Below are positions 39,874-53,059 of a DNA stretch of 64,000 nt, one piece after another (position 1 is the first letter of the stretch; the number at the start of each line of letters is the position of its first letter). The stretch is from Chrysomallon squamiferum (Eukaryota > Animalia > Mollusca): the NCBI GenBank assembly GCA_012295275.1, contig CM022670.1, positions 1,054,001 through 1,118,000 on the forward strand. Direction: 5' to 3'. The position numbers and the translations under genes were made by a program. Under the pieces are notes generated by a model. The model did no database searches and was not told where the DNA came from. It worked only from the letters and a program-made list of their open reading frames with translations.

Positions 39874-42800
39874 TTAAGTTATAAGACGAACGAAAGCTTC
39901 CCAAGACTCATCATTATCTTCATCCGGAATTGGAATAATTCTGTCTTCGTCCACAACACACAGAATACAGTTTGGAATCTCACAAGCTCGTTTGCTCTCT
40001 CTTAGAATGATGAGTCGGGAAGGAGTTTGCCATGTCACCACGCCGATTCCAACTTGAATTTTATACCACGACCACATATCGTCCAAGTAATTTTCTGTAA
40101 AAAGAAAAACAGTTTTCCAGCTGTTGTTTATTGCAAACATTACAGCTTCAGCGATACATTCTCCCGGTACGGAGTTGCGGTCGTGTAAGTACACAGTGTA
40201 GCCGTAGTCTTTTTCTAAGTTTTTTCCTATATCGAGACAAGCTCGTCGCCAGTCGTGTTCAGCGTAGCAGAGACAAACATCAAACATGAAATCTTTTCTC
40301 GTTGGACACATTGCACATTTTCGAAGGAAATTTTTAAAGAAATATATTAATTGTGTTTTATGTTTAATCACGAAGAAAAACAACACGGGACCTAATGCCG
40401 TAAATAAAATCATTGGAAGAGCAATCATAAACCAGGTCCACCCAATACAACTTTGCCATAACTGTTCAGCGTTGTAGTCCATCACAGAAACAAGCGACCC
40501 GTTTTCAATGGCGCAGAAGTATGATTTTCTGTTAACTGTATAATTATTATCTTGTAGCCAAGAAAGGAACAACACACTTTCCCCACAAATGCAGATGAGT
40601 CTGTTTTGTGACAAATCGAATGTAAACTTTTTCTCAAGATGACGTTTGTCCAGTGACCTGGTCGTCGATTCTTTGAGGTAACTGATTTTGTTGCGATCCA
40701 GTTTTAACGAGAGCAAGTTTGGACAGGTGTTAATGTCGAAAGGAATAGTAATGAATTTGTTGTTTGATAAATTCAGAATCTGAAGATTAGGATTGTCTTT
40801 AAATATATCTCGTGGAAGATGGCTAATTTTGTTACCAGAAATATCTAGAAAAACTAGATTTGTAAGATTCTGAAGCAGTCGTCTGCCACAAGTATAGAAA
40901 TAATCATTAGGAAGTGATACGTCATTCAAGTACAGGTTTTCCCAAACTTGGGAATGTGTCTAAAAATGAAACTGCAAGTGTCATATGATTATTGTTTCCA
41001 AGTTTTAACGTTGTTAAGTTATTTAGACGTCTTAAACTACCTTCTAATCCCATGTATTCAAACTTCTGCAGTGACAGTGTCTTTAAATCATTGTCAGCTA
41101 AAACTGCCAGGTTTCTGAAAATATAAAAGTGTGACGAAATAGCATCCAAAATTAATGTACGTAATGGGATAATGTCTAGAAACAGCTCGGTATTCGTAAA
41201 GAAGGGTACATTTCTTTGAATCAACATGTTTTTATTTTTATTTTTACCTGGATGAAAGCAAAAAAATCCAGACAAATCAAGATATTCCATCTTCTTGAAG
41301 TTCGAGAACATGGCCAATATTTGATAGGGACTGTACATATAATCGCCAAATAACGCGTTATCGTGTGCATCAAATCTTTTAATACATTCAGCGAGCTTAT
41401 TCTTTGTAAGTAAACTTGATACGTTAATATACAGAAGATGATTTTCCGAAATATCTAATTCTGAGACACAGATGTTTTCTAAATACATCAGATTTTCTAA
41501 AAGAAGTTGTTGATCATTTATCATTTTGGTAATTTTAACTTCTGACAACTTCACATTTCGGAAATTTAAAGTGGACATGTTGAATCCTTGCAAACCATAA
41601 AGTGAAAGTAGGGCACCATGCATACCAAGGTGACTGGTGCCTTCTAAATTAAGGTTTTTTAGATGTTTTAAAGGGGCAAACGCATTTGCTTGTATTTTTG
41701 AAATATTAGTACAATACGATAAGTCTAAACTTGTTAAGTTTGTAGAGGTAAACGCTGACAATGACTCATTAGATACGACACTAATGTTACAGTTAGCAGA
41801 TTTCCCCGATAAATTTAACAGTCTGAGCCCAACCAACGATTCGAATCCAGAAGGAAAAAACACATTTGGAAAACTGTCTATCGTCAGTTCTTGTAGATTC
41901 TGCAAGGATTGGAATATCTCATCAGGGTACTCTCCATTTTCGCTGTTAAAAGCTATGTTTAGGGTTTGTAGGTTGGTCAAAGATCTGAACACGGATTTTG
42001 GGAAAGATTTGTAATCATATTTCAAACTGTTAGAACTCAGATCAAGAGTGTTGAGGTTTTGACAAAACACGAATACATTCTTCGGTAGAAGTTTCAAACT
42101 GTTTCCAGAAAGGTTCAGATACTCAAGTGAAGAGTAGTTGAAATCTTCAGGGTTTAAGATTAATGTATTACCACTGAGATCCAAGGCTACTATGTCCTTG
42201 TTGAGCCTGGGAACACGTTGTAGATTTCTCCCGTGACAGTCAGCAAATAAACCTCCGTATCCTGTTGAGTTCGTAATGGAACAATTAACTGGTGCATTCC
42301 CAGTTGTAGCTAATGCTGCAGAAACCACAGATAGTCCCAGGAGCGTTAAAACCTGAATAAATACCAAATTGTTATTAGAAAATTTCCTTCCTGAAATAAT
42401 TATTTGAATGCATCGAGAATATTTCATTTTTAATTTGCATCGATTACAACACATTATATGACATTACGATGTAAATTTTTAAATAACAACACATATCAAT
42501 AATTTTTACTGAAGTTGACAATGATGCAAAAGTGACGAGAAAATATTTAAATTATTAACATCCGGGTCTTATTACTGGGGTCGGAAATCGATTTTTAGTT
42601 TTTTCATTGACTTGGAAGGAGAAATAAATAAAAAAACATGTAGATAGGTTTGACACCCGTCATGTTTATAGTTCCTTTTGTCATTTGGTTGCTGAAAATA
42701 TGGTAACCCTAGATATTATTGAATCCTAAATGTTTAAAGTGGGCCATCGGTCATTGTTTAATTTCAAAAATCGAATACTGAAGTGGCAACAACAGATTAA

Positions 42801-43337
42801 AAGGACGAAAATTATCAAATCAATTACATAAATCTGTTTTCTCTGTTTTGTTCAATCATTCACAAAAACACATGTTTGACTCGTTGAGAACAAGTCTGAG
42901 TTCAAGTCAATTCATAAATGTCCTGTATCACAACAAAACATATACTGTTGGTTCTGTTCAACTAGTGGATACTTAAGATGTTTTGTTTGTTTGTTTGTCA
43001 GCCCAGTTGCTCGGGTTACGTGATAAAGTAAAACTAGTAAAACAGCTCATTTGACTGCGGTGTCAAAACACTGCTGCTGTATCAGTCTGTGTGAACATTT
43101 AGCTGCCTAAACATTCCTAATTTATTCTCCTAATTCGTTTCACGTGGAATACACTCACTCTCCAAGCTGTAATTAAACTGTGCTAGTTCTCATTTTGAGT
43201 ATTACTATCAGTTCTTTGAGTTAATAAAACCGTATTTTTGTTGTGTTTGTGTGTGTGGAACTGTAGGCTGAAAAAAAATCTCTGACAAAAAAAAAAAAAA
43301 AAAAATAATAATAATAATAAAAAAAGAAGAAGAAGAA

Positions 43338-43374
<37 letters not shown>

Positions 43375-44303
43375 AAAAATAAAGAAAAAAACAACAACTT
43401 AAAAGCTATTTATTTTGTCTGTTTGGTTAAGAACAACACAGCAGTTTTTAAACAGTAAACATTTCGCTCAGATGTAAATCCTGCACACCCCGCGGTTTTA
43501 ACATTGTTAATGAAGAGTGTGTCATCAACACCAGTATTTGTCATACAGTTCACAGCAACCCAGGTCACGTGCATCTTGCCAGATTATATTGCTCTAAATT
43601 AAAATGAAAACCTACAGATGTGTGCTTTGTTATCTGGATGAAATAAAATGTATAAATAATCATAAGGCTTTCTTTCATGTATTTACTGCCGGTAGTCACA
43701 CAAAATACAACAATGTGGGATCATAATCATTTTTGTATCTGGGTAACGGGCAGAGGATTAAGAGTGCAGCAGACCTTGACCTGTGTGGTTATAAACTGTG
43801 TGACGGATTCGGGTTTGAGTAGTGGGAGGATACAGCTCTGCAACTGATGCTGAAGCGACAACAACATATTAAAAGTGACGTAAAGCTACATCCGGATATT
43901 ATCGGAAATCGATAATTTATTACTGTTGTTGTTGTTGTTATGCGTTGTTTTCACTTTTGTTCTTGGTTATTTCATTGCTTTCAGTTTTTAAAATATCGTG
44001 AAGGAAGCTATCGTGATAACTATAGCAGTTTGAATTTCTCATCGATGTATCGTTATCGAGACCATCAATCGCGATCCAACGGTGATTTGTTATCTCCCCT
44101 TGCTGTAACACCAATATCATCTGCTGTGACCTTCAGTTAAAGTGTAGAAAAATGGAAATACGAAGATAAAATTCAAAGAAAATTACTCTGAGTATATTAA
44201 TTAAGAATATTAAATTAACTTTCATGTTGTTATATCCACTAATAAGTATATTAAAATAACAGCAACAAATATAAATAAATAAACTTACCGAAAGAATGAA
44301 CAT
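39874..44303 (-). CDS. Toll-like receptor, single-cysteine-cluster type, ~830 aa when repaired; 1-nt frameshift at 40941-40943 (pseudogene/null allele or assembly error)
   Basis: Exon 44303-44289 (MFILS, donor GTAAGT) spliced to acceptor ttcag at 42353 gives signal peptide MFILSVLTLLGLSVVSAALA. Then LRR-NT (ADCHGRNLQRVP), many LxxLxLxxN repeats, LRR-CT (NRLICIC...WL...YFC...C), TM (WFMIALPMILFTALGPVLFFFVI) and TIR (FDVCLCYAEHD, HDRNSVPG, AINNSWKTVFLF). Removing one G from TTGGGAAAAC restores LENLYLNDVSL. Confidence 0.9.
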
Positions 44304-44697
44304 TGTTCGTTAAAGGTTGCACACCTGACATGCTGGTGAAATGTTGTTAGCTCCGCACTGCTGTCATTTCAGTTTAAAAACAAACAGGTGAACTGTAATT
44401 TCGTAAGAAAAATCTCTTTTCTCGTTACATTCCATTTTTGTGGTGAATGAGTGCGCAACTTCGTGTATAGACTCAGTTTGTGTATAAATCAGAGCGACCG
44501 TTCACCTCATACGTGAAAGTAATTTGAGAAGAGCAAATCGGAAACGTTATTGTGAAGCTTGTCTGAATAGTCATCTGATATAGGATGACAACACAAAACG
44601 TTAATCCGACAGACTGTATATACAGTGTTTCTTACAGTCTAGTAATTATTTGTGCTTTTGTTCTTTTTCTCACTCTTATTCTTATTTGTTGTTGTTG

Positions 44698-44735
<38 letters not shown>

Positions 44736-45450
44736 TTTTTTTTTTTTGTTGAGGGTTTTTAATTATATGGCAGTATTTGTGTGCAGTTAGACTTGATCAC
44801 TTTTTCCAGTCACTGCGCTTAATGAATAAACTTACCCATTTTTACTAGTAGAAAAATCGTCACAGAAGAAAAGTGAATTGGAAACAGCACGTGACAAGGA
44901 CACCGAAACCAGCTGGAAATATCTGGTGATTAAACTTCATGAAAATCTTCACACTGGTTGTGTTTTAACTTCATTTTCATACCACTACCATCTCCGTAGC
45001 TTGTGTTGTTGCAAAGGAGATATGGACATAAGCCCCCCAGGACAAATGCCCCCCCGTAAAAATCCAAAGGATGAGACGCCCCCGAAAGTGAAAACAGAAG
45101 ATAGGACAAAAGACCGCAAAGATAAAAACAAAGAAGTACAAATGCTCCCAAACTTAAAAAAGTATTCTGCCAATGATGATATTTCCCCGGACACCTAGTT
45201 ATCAAAATCATGGAATGTGTGTAATTAGTTATTCGGTCAAGCTTTAATAACTGACTGACTCTAAAGGTAATCGACGTAATAATACTTTAGTAAATATGAA
45301 ATGATTTTGTCATGAAGTCATAGTGTAAAATTACGTCCTCAGTTTTTGTCAGCTTTTGATATTATTTTCGGAAATTATATTCAGTTTTCAAAATTTTCTC
45401 ATTCTGTACTAAAATACTCACAGAACATACATACATAGATACATACGTAC

Positions 45451-45485
<35 letters not shown>

Positions 45486-45958
45486 CATTCACAGAATCGT
45501 GCAGGCATGCAGACATACATACATACATGCATGCACACACACACATGTTTACACACGTACGGATGTTTGGACATGTAATAATCACTTCTTCTTTCTCATT
45601 CTGCTGGTTTGAAAAATTAACTTCACCCTTCAACATAAAGTTGTTGTCGAACATTAAAAAAAAAAAAAAAAAAAAAAAGACCCCCCCCCAAAAAAAAGAG
45701 AAAAAAAAAGGATGAGGTTCGTATAGTTCATGTCGTAGTGGTATTCCGTTACGAAAATCGAAGGACGTTACATCATTTTGACAAATCGTGTTAGTGAACA
45801 GTCAGCTTCGATTTGCAAGCCGCACGTTTAAACGTCCCGCGTTCAAATTCGTCCCGATTCACAATTCGTCAGTTCGAAGTAACTGAATAGTGTAATGTAA
45901 TCAAAGCGAAAAACGTTTTGTAAAAATTTGTTTGTGGTAGTGTTGAGTATGTGTATAG

Positions 45959-46028
<70 letters not shown>

Positions 46029-46031
46029 TCA

Positions 46032-46062
<31 letters not shown>

Positions 46063-47257
46063 TGTAACATACGCTGTGAAGAAATTAAATAGATGATATT
46101 TTTATTTCATAATTTTCTTTCTGTCTTTCTTAATTTCTTTATTTATATTTTTATTCTTTCTTCTTTCATCTCTTTTTTTTTTTTTTTTTTTCTGGTTTTT
46201 TTTTTTTTTTATTATATATTATTTATTTATTTATTTATCTATTAAAAAATTCAGTTTGATATTTTCATCTTCTTTTCTTAACTTCTAACTGTTTTTTACC
46301 TCTTATTGAATTATAAAATATCTCTATTTCGTCTATCCCGACTTTCTTGTGTTTCAAAAAACAACGGAAATTCGAAAATTCTTGAAGTTTTTAGTTCAGC
46401 AACAAACATCCCAAGTTAAAGCAGCAGCCATTTCGCGTTCCAGGAAAAGTGACAATTCAGTTTCTGTAACCTTCTTTTCATTCCTTCCTTCATTCCTTCA
46501 TTTTCTTTCCATCCATTTTCATTTCAGGATCGGTTTTCATTAATAAAATTCTGCAATTAAAATCACGTCAATCATTTTTTGTTTTATTGCTGTTATTTTT
46601 GTTTTATTTGAAAGATGAAATTAATGCTTGTTCGACATATGCTCCATTCCATTATAGAACGGTTCTCTTCAGTGAAAAATAATTCGGTTATTTTTTATTT
46701 TAAACAATAAGTCAGTTCTGGGATCTGAACCCTCAACGCTTCAGTGATCTTCTTTTTAATTTCAAGATAAAGAAAAAAAAAAAAAAAAAAGAAAAAAGTT
46801 AATAAATAAAAAGAAAGCAACAAAGAAAAAAAAAACCCAAAACTTTGCTAAAACAAAAATACCAAAAAACACATTCAATTTCTACTTGACGGATTAAAAA
46901 ACAAAATAACGAGCAACTGTTATAATTTGAAACTGTTTTTATATTAAGCTGATTGCTTCTTTCACTGTGAAGTAATGGTTTATGGGAGGCTTTGAATTCC
47001 TGGCACAACTTTGCTGAATAAGCTGACGTTTTTGTGGATTTACTAATAAAACACAACTTGAAAACTCTAGTAATAAAACAAGAAAAAAAAATGATATTTT
47101 ATAATTTCTTCATCCAGACTGTTTCTGTGTTTCTGAAAGCACATTTAAAATAATTAAATAATAAAATGGAAAAAAAAGAAGAAAGAAACCAAAGATGAAA
47201 AAAAAACAAAAAAAACAACAACAACATACGGTTTATATAAAATAAGAAAGTATAAAA

Positions 47258-47284
<27 letters not shown>

Positions 47285-47302
<18 letters not shown>

Positions 47303-47530
47303 ATATGATGACGAGAATAACAAGAACACACAAAAAAAAAAAAAAAAAGAAATAATAACAATAAATAATTAAATTAAATAAAAAATAATAGAAAAATACT
47401 CAATAAAATAAAAATATTATTAAATAATAATAATGAATATGATGATGAGAATAACAAGAACACACAAACACAAAAAATAATAATAATAACAATAAATAAT
47501 TAAATTAAATAAAAAATAATAGAAAAATAT
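47285..47530. repeat. Local tandem duplication of a ~130-bp AT-rich unit
   Basis: AATGAATATGATGA(C/T)GAGAATAACAAGAACACACAAA...AATAACAATAAATAATTAAATTAAATAAAAAATAATAGAAAAATA occurs twice. Confidence 0.85.
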
Positions 47531-48657
47531 TAAATAAAACAACAACAACAACTATAAACTGTCATTAACATTCATAAAAGACGCTGTATCTCAATTTGTT
47601 TTGGATTTTCTTAAGTGGAGGGGTGAACATGCTTATCAAACGAATTACACCAAATTAAAATCACTGATTTGAAAAAAGAAAATCTTTAGCTGAAAACATA
47701 TACAAACATGTAAAAGCAATCAGAAAACTGCTCTCTACAGCGGATAACTTTTAAAAACAGCTTTTCATCGTAAAAAAGTGAGTCGAAGCTGTTTGGCCTG
47801 GAAGTGAAATAAAATGACTGACCTGAAGAAAACTCTGGTAATGACGACCGTGCCAAGACGCCTGACTCTGACTCTGACTCTGACTCTGACTGTGAGGTCG
47901 ATCAAGCATTGTGTAGGCAGAAATGACAGATCGTGATTTGATAGACAGCAGCGTCCTGAAACACGACTGACTCGATCAGTCACTGTCACGTTTAACAGAG
48001 TCCACTAATTCGTGATCGCGTTATTCAGCCGAAATGAGTCAGGGACACAGTGTTTGTGATAAATAGGTCATTAGCGGACAGATGGCGCTGTTAAGGGGGG
48101 GGGTTAAGTACATCCACGTTTTTTTTTTTTTTTCTTAAAGAGTGAAAAAAAAAATGATGACGTATATTTCAGACGTGTGAGACACAAGTGAGTGGAATGA
48201 AGATCTGGACTCAGTGACTGTTTTCAGATTCCTAGTCAAAAAGTAGGCATCGCGATAAGTCGTCACTTGCCGTAAGACATTTTTAATAAATACACAAAAT
48301 TATAAGACAAAAATTCTGTTTCGTTACTTTTTCTCACTATTCACACAAGACGAGGGAAATAATTATAAAGTCGATTTAAAATTACCTTATATATCTGTGA
48401 AATTTTGTATATGTAGATTTAGATGATCGCAATTGCCTCTTTCTTCCAGGGGGAAAAATATAAAAAATAATAATAAAAATAATAAAACTCTAATCAGGAT
48501 CGGTGACTAATAACACACAGATGAAACTACTGCTACTACGGCTACTTTTATTACAACTACAGCTATTCACAATACTCTGCTTCTGTTTCTTCTACAACTG
48601 CTTTTGAAATAACGTAATTAGTATGAGGCATATCAGAAATAGCGCTAGAAGAAACAG

Positions 48658-48663
48658 ACAGAC

Positions 48664-48752
<89 letters not shown>

Positions 48753-48753
48753 G

Positions 48754-48810
<57 letters not shown>

Positions 48811-48813
48811 GAG

Positions 48814-48852
<39 letters not shown>

Positions 48853-48881
48853 GACAGAGAGAGACAGAGAGACAGATAAAC

Positions 48882-48955
<74 letters not shown>
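48658..48955. repeat. Long compound (AG)n/(AGAC)n microsatellite
   Basis: Directly visible ~300-bp purine-rich tract. Confidence 0.95.
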
Positions 48956-51079
48956 AACGAAGGAAACAAAAAAAGAGAGAGTCTGGTAAACAAAAAAATG
49001 TAAATATTGATAGTATTATTACTGATGGAAATGACTGCTAAAAAATCTTTTGAGGTTTTTTGTTTGTTTTTTCACAGACTCAGTTTCTCACACATTCAGA
49101 TTTCATGCTAAGAACATTTTTCAGAGATCGCAGTTGATTTGGTTACTAAGCATCTAATCAAATTGAATGTTCATAATGCGTTTTTATTTCAATAATAGAG
49201 AGAAAAATTTTAAAAAATCAAATAATAAAATCAAACAGTAATTGACATGCAAAAGCGTAATTAGGAGAAAAAACAGCAAATACAAGGTTAGCATATTGGT
49301 GACTGTCTCTTAACAGACATCGCCAAATTATGTCGTCTGCTTCAGTTAATACAATTCTTCAACAGAAACATTTTAATTAATTGATAATAAAATTATATTA
49401 AAAATAAATAAATATATATATATATATATAAAAAAAAATGAAGATAATTTAATTGTCTTCAAACACCTTTTTTTTTTTTTTTTTCTTTCTTTCTTTCTTT
49501 CTTTTTTTTTATTAAAAAAAGAAAAAAGAAATCAAGAAGGCAGCTACCAATTATTAATATTTTTTTATTAATTCCCCCCCCCCACGTCTGTGGAATTATT
49601 GACGTAATAGCGCTGGAAGGTCAACATGAAATCATCAATCTAACGTTTTCAGTGTAAATGCTAGCGAGATTGGTTTTTGGTAAATTCCGTCTTTGATTCC
49701 AGCACCGACATTATAATTCAGCTGGTTGAAATCGTGTAATTAGAATATGCCGTGTATTTTTTTTTTTTTTTTTTTCTATGCAGAGTAGGAAACAGAGATA
49801 CATTTATGATAGTGAAGTTACACGTACTTTAATCCGTTAGATAGCAGCAAAAAGAAAAAAAAAAAAAAAAAAATAGTAATAAAAAAAAAAAAAAAAATAA
49901 TAATGTAAAAACATTTTGCCACCTGACTCTTGCAATTTAAAAATTCATCTTTTCAATCTGGATTTAGCTATTGCTACTACTGCTAATATTAAACCAATAT
50001 TACCACCACTATCGTTAATATTACTGCAACTACAAGTACACGACCACTGCTACTACTACTACAACTACTAGTATACTACAGTTATTACTACTACTATTAA
50101 TATTACTACTACTACTACTGCTACTACTACTACTACTACTACTACTACTGCTACTATTACTGCTACTGCTGCTGTTGTTAAAATATCAGTTATGGAGTAC
50201 TATTAAACTGAAGACTAACATTTTTTATTCAATTTCTTTTTTTACGCTAGACTTTGACAACCTTTAAAAACATTTTCATTGTTTTATTTTTATTACATCA
50301 TAAAATGTTGTCACCAGTTACTAGAACACATTTTCTTACAGTAGTTTCCGGCAATGTGACGTCACGCCAGACGATACTTTCTTATGCAGACACAATTTAT
50401 ATAATTTGACAACGGTCATTTCAGCCCGAAGGCAGAAGCGCAGACAAAACACAGTCACTGCGCATGACACAGAGTAAATGTCCCGGAAATAATTATGGCC
50501 AATGGGAACTCTCGTTGTCTAGGAGTAATGGAATTTTCTCGAAGTTTCGCACGTGCTGCTGAAGATGGAAGAGTTGTAATAAACGATATTGGATAGAGGT
50601 AGACCGAACATGTTGAAGTGTTTGAAGCGACGTTAATTTGGGTAATTTTACTGAAACAATGACAACAGAGGACATTAAACCTTCGAATCAGTAACCAGGC
50701 CTTTTCAAGACCAGATCTTCTTCCCTCCGATTGTGTTACAAGTGTATTGGCCTTTACAATCACCTGTACACAATCATGATTAGGTTTAATTTGCTGTGGA
50801 AGAAGAAGAAGAAGGAAGAATAGCTTATATATTTATTATTATAATTTGAAATCAGCGGTTATAACATACAGCGTCATACGTTTGCATAATGACCTTGTTT
50901 GCAGTAACGAAATTTTATACATACCTACCCATGTAAACCATAGTCTTAAAGAAACCAGCTCATAATTAGTGAATGTCAACGTGCACACACACATAGACAA
51001 ACACATAGAAATATATACATACACACACTTTCATAATATTTTTAATTTCGTTTTGTTTTTTCTTTCGTTCTTTCTTTCT

Positions 51080-51133
<54 letters not shown>

Positions 51134-51431
51134 TTTAATCGACCTCAGTAACAGTTCCAATTATTGTCTCATTTCTATCGATATTTACCTGCGGTTACAA
51201 TTATTTTAGGATTTCATTTCCTTTTATTGTGTTTTTCATAACAGAAAAAGTGAGTGTGACAGATCACAACACGGGGGAATGGATCTAGGTTAATACTTAC
51301 ATACGTGACTCGTAATTTCTATCTAAAATTCTATATTCGGAAATTAAGGTTATTTTTGCTTTTTTTTTTGCTAGAAGTTTTGATGTTTTGTAAATACTTT
51401 TAATTAACTTATTGATTTTTAATGAAATTAA

Positions 51432-51494
<63 letters not shown>

Positions 51495-51515
51495 AAGAAG
51501 AAGAAGAAGAAGAAG

Positions 51516-51554
<39 letters not shown>

Positions 51555-51937
51555 AAATAAAACTACAATCACGACTACCGTTACAACTACTATTACGAGT
51601 ACTGCTACTGTTATTACTACTACAGCTATTAATACTACTACTACTACTACTGTTACTACCATTAGTATACTATTACCAACAGCAATACATAAATTACTTC
51701 CTTATAGCATTTGTAACAAAACGTACTTACTAAATCAGTATCATGTTAGTTTTGAAAGATCATCTTTAGCTACCTACAAACAAAGAGGAGAAAAACGAGT
51801 AACAAGATCAGATTACAGACATTCTTTAACCTACTACACGTGTCACTCAGTTGACTGATAAGCCAGCCCTGGGGTACAGTCGCCTGACCCACTGACCTGA
51901 CTTCAATCTTTCAGTACGAAATTTAATAGTAGCCAAG

Positions 51938-51969
<32 letters not shown>

Positions 51970-52964
51970 AATTCAAAATGGCTGCCGTAAACTACTGATC
52001 TTCTAGACGATTAATCATTTCCAATTTGTCACCAGTCTAACGAGGTGAATACTTCCGGCAGCGAGTTTTCAAACCATTTGCTTAATCGACCTGTCGATAT
52101 TTTGGCCATAAATATTAGTTTGTTATGGCTGGACAGTAATGTCGCTTTGACCAAGAGTTTGAGTGTTCGGGACTGAGCCTTCGATCTGAAGTGAGACACT
52201 TCTTCCTGGGTCCTTCGCTCGTCAACTTTAGAGCTTTAAAAGCGAACTCATAAGACGGTTACCAACTTATCCGCTTCCTCGCGAACTTCCTAACAACTAA
52301 CACTAGTACTAATGTTGAATACACAATACAGTCATACCTAACAACTTATTATTGTTGTTGTTGTTGTTGTTGTTCTTATTATTATTTACCTAATCCTTAT
52401 TTTCATGATGAATTACTAAATATTTATTTAACACTGCATTTCATTTTTTATATTAACTTCTATTAAAATGTAATTCTATTGCGATAACTTTAATATTGTA
52501 CATTAGCACGACGGAAATCTTTCACTGGCACCTCCTCATAGAATGTAAAAAAATACCTCAAACATATGTCGTAAGAACTTGTCTAGATAGAGGTAAAAGG
52601 TGAATGCGTCGAAGGGTCTTGATCCTGGGACCCTTCAGCAAAAAGTTTTATTATTTAGCTAAGATTCGTTATTAAAGCAGGATGAAATGTATTTTGTAAC
52701 GTCTTAATTATTCACGATGTTTTATGTATCTTCGAAGATAAAAATGTTGATGTTGCTGAGTGTAATCAAATACATCATAAAAGTAAAAGAAGAAAAGAAT
52801 GAGCTGACGAAAGAAAATTCAGCTTTGCAATTTAATATTGTTTGATTGAAGGTAGATAAGTGGAATTATTTTACAAAAAGAAGACATTAAAATAATTAAA
52901 AAAAAGAAAGGTTTTAAATCTAAAGATCTTGGGATTTCATTTTTGAGATAGATTAATGGACAAA

Positions 52965-53059
<95 letters not shown>

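Noticed and set aside
40931-40946. G GGA AAA slippery heptamer at the TLR frameshift, suggesting programmed -1 frameshifting
   Set aside because: The downstream TLR ORF is in the +1 frame, so a -1 slip does not restore it; a plain 1-nt indel explains it.
42353-42454. ORF-track N-terminus of the TLR (MCCNRCKLK...)
   Set aside because: Intronic read-through upstream of the acceptor at 42353; the spliced MFILS exon gives a proper signal peptide.
44878-45211. 106-aa and 93-aa ORFs upstream of the TLR
   Set aside because: Non-ATG or weak starts, no domain features; overlap a probable repeat remnant.
47861-47891. (CTGACT)n hexamer array and a nearby CAGATGGCGCTG CTCF-like site (~48079)
   Set aside because: Simple short tandem repeat, not CRISPR-like; only a partial CTCF match.
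48592-49003. ORFs encoding poly-ER/SL, poly-I, poly-L or poly-Y here and throughout the window
   Set aside because: Translations of (AG)n and (AAT)n-type microsatellites.
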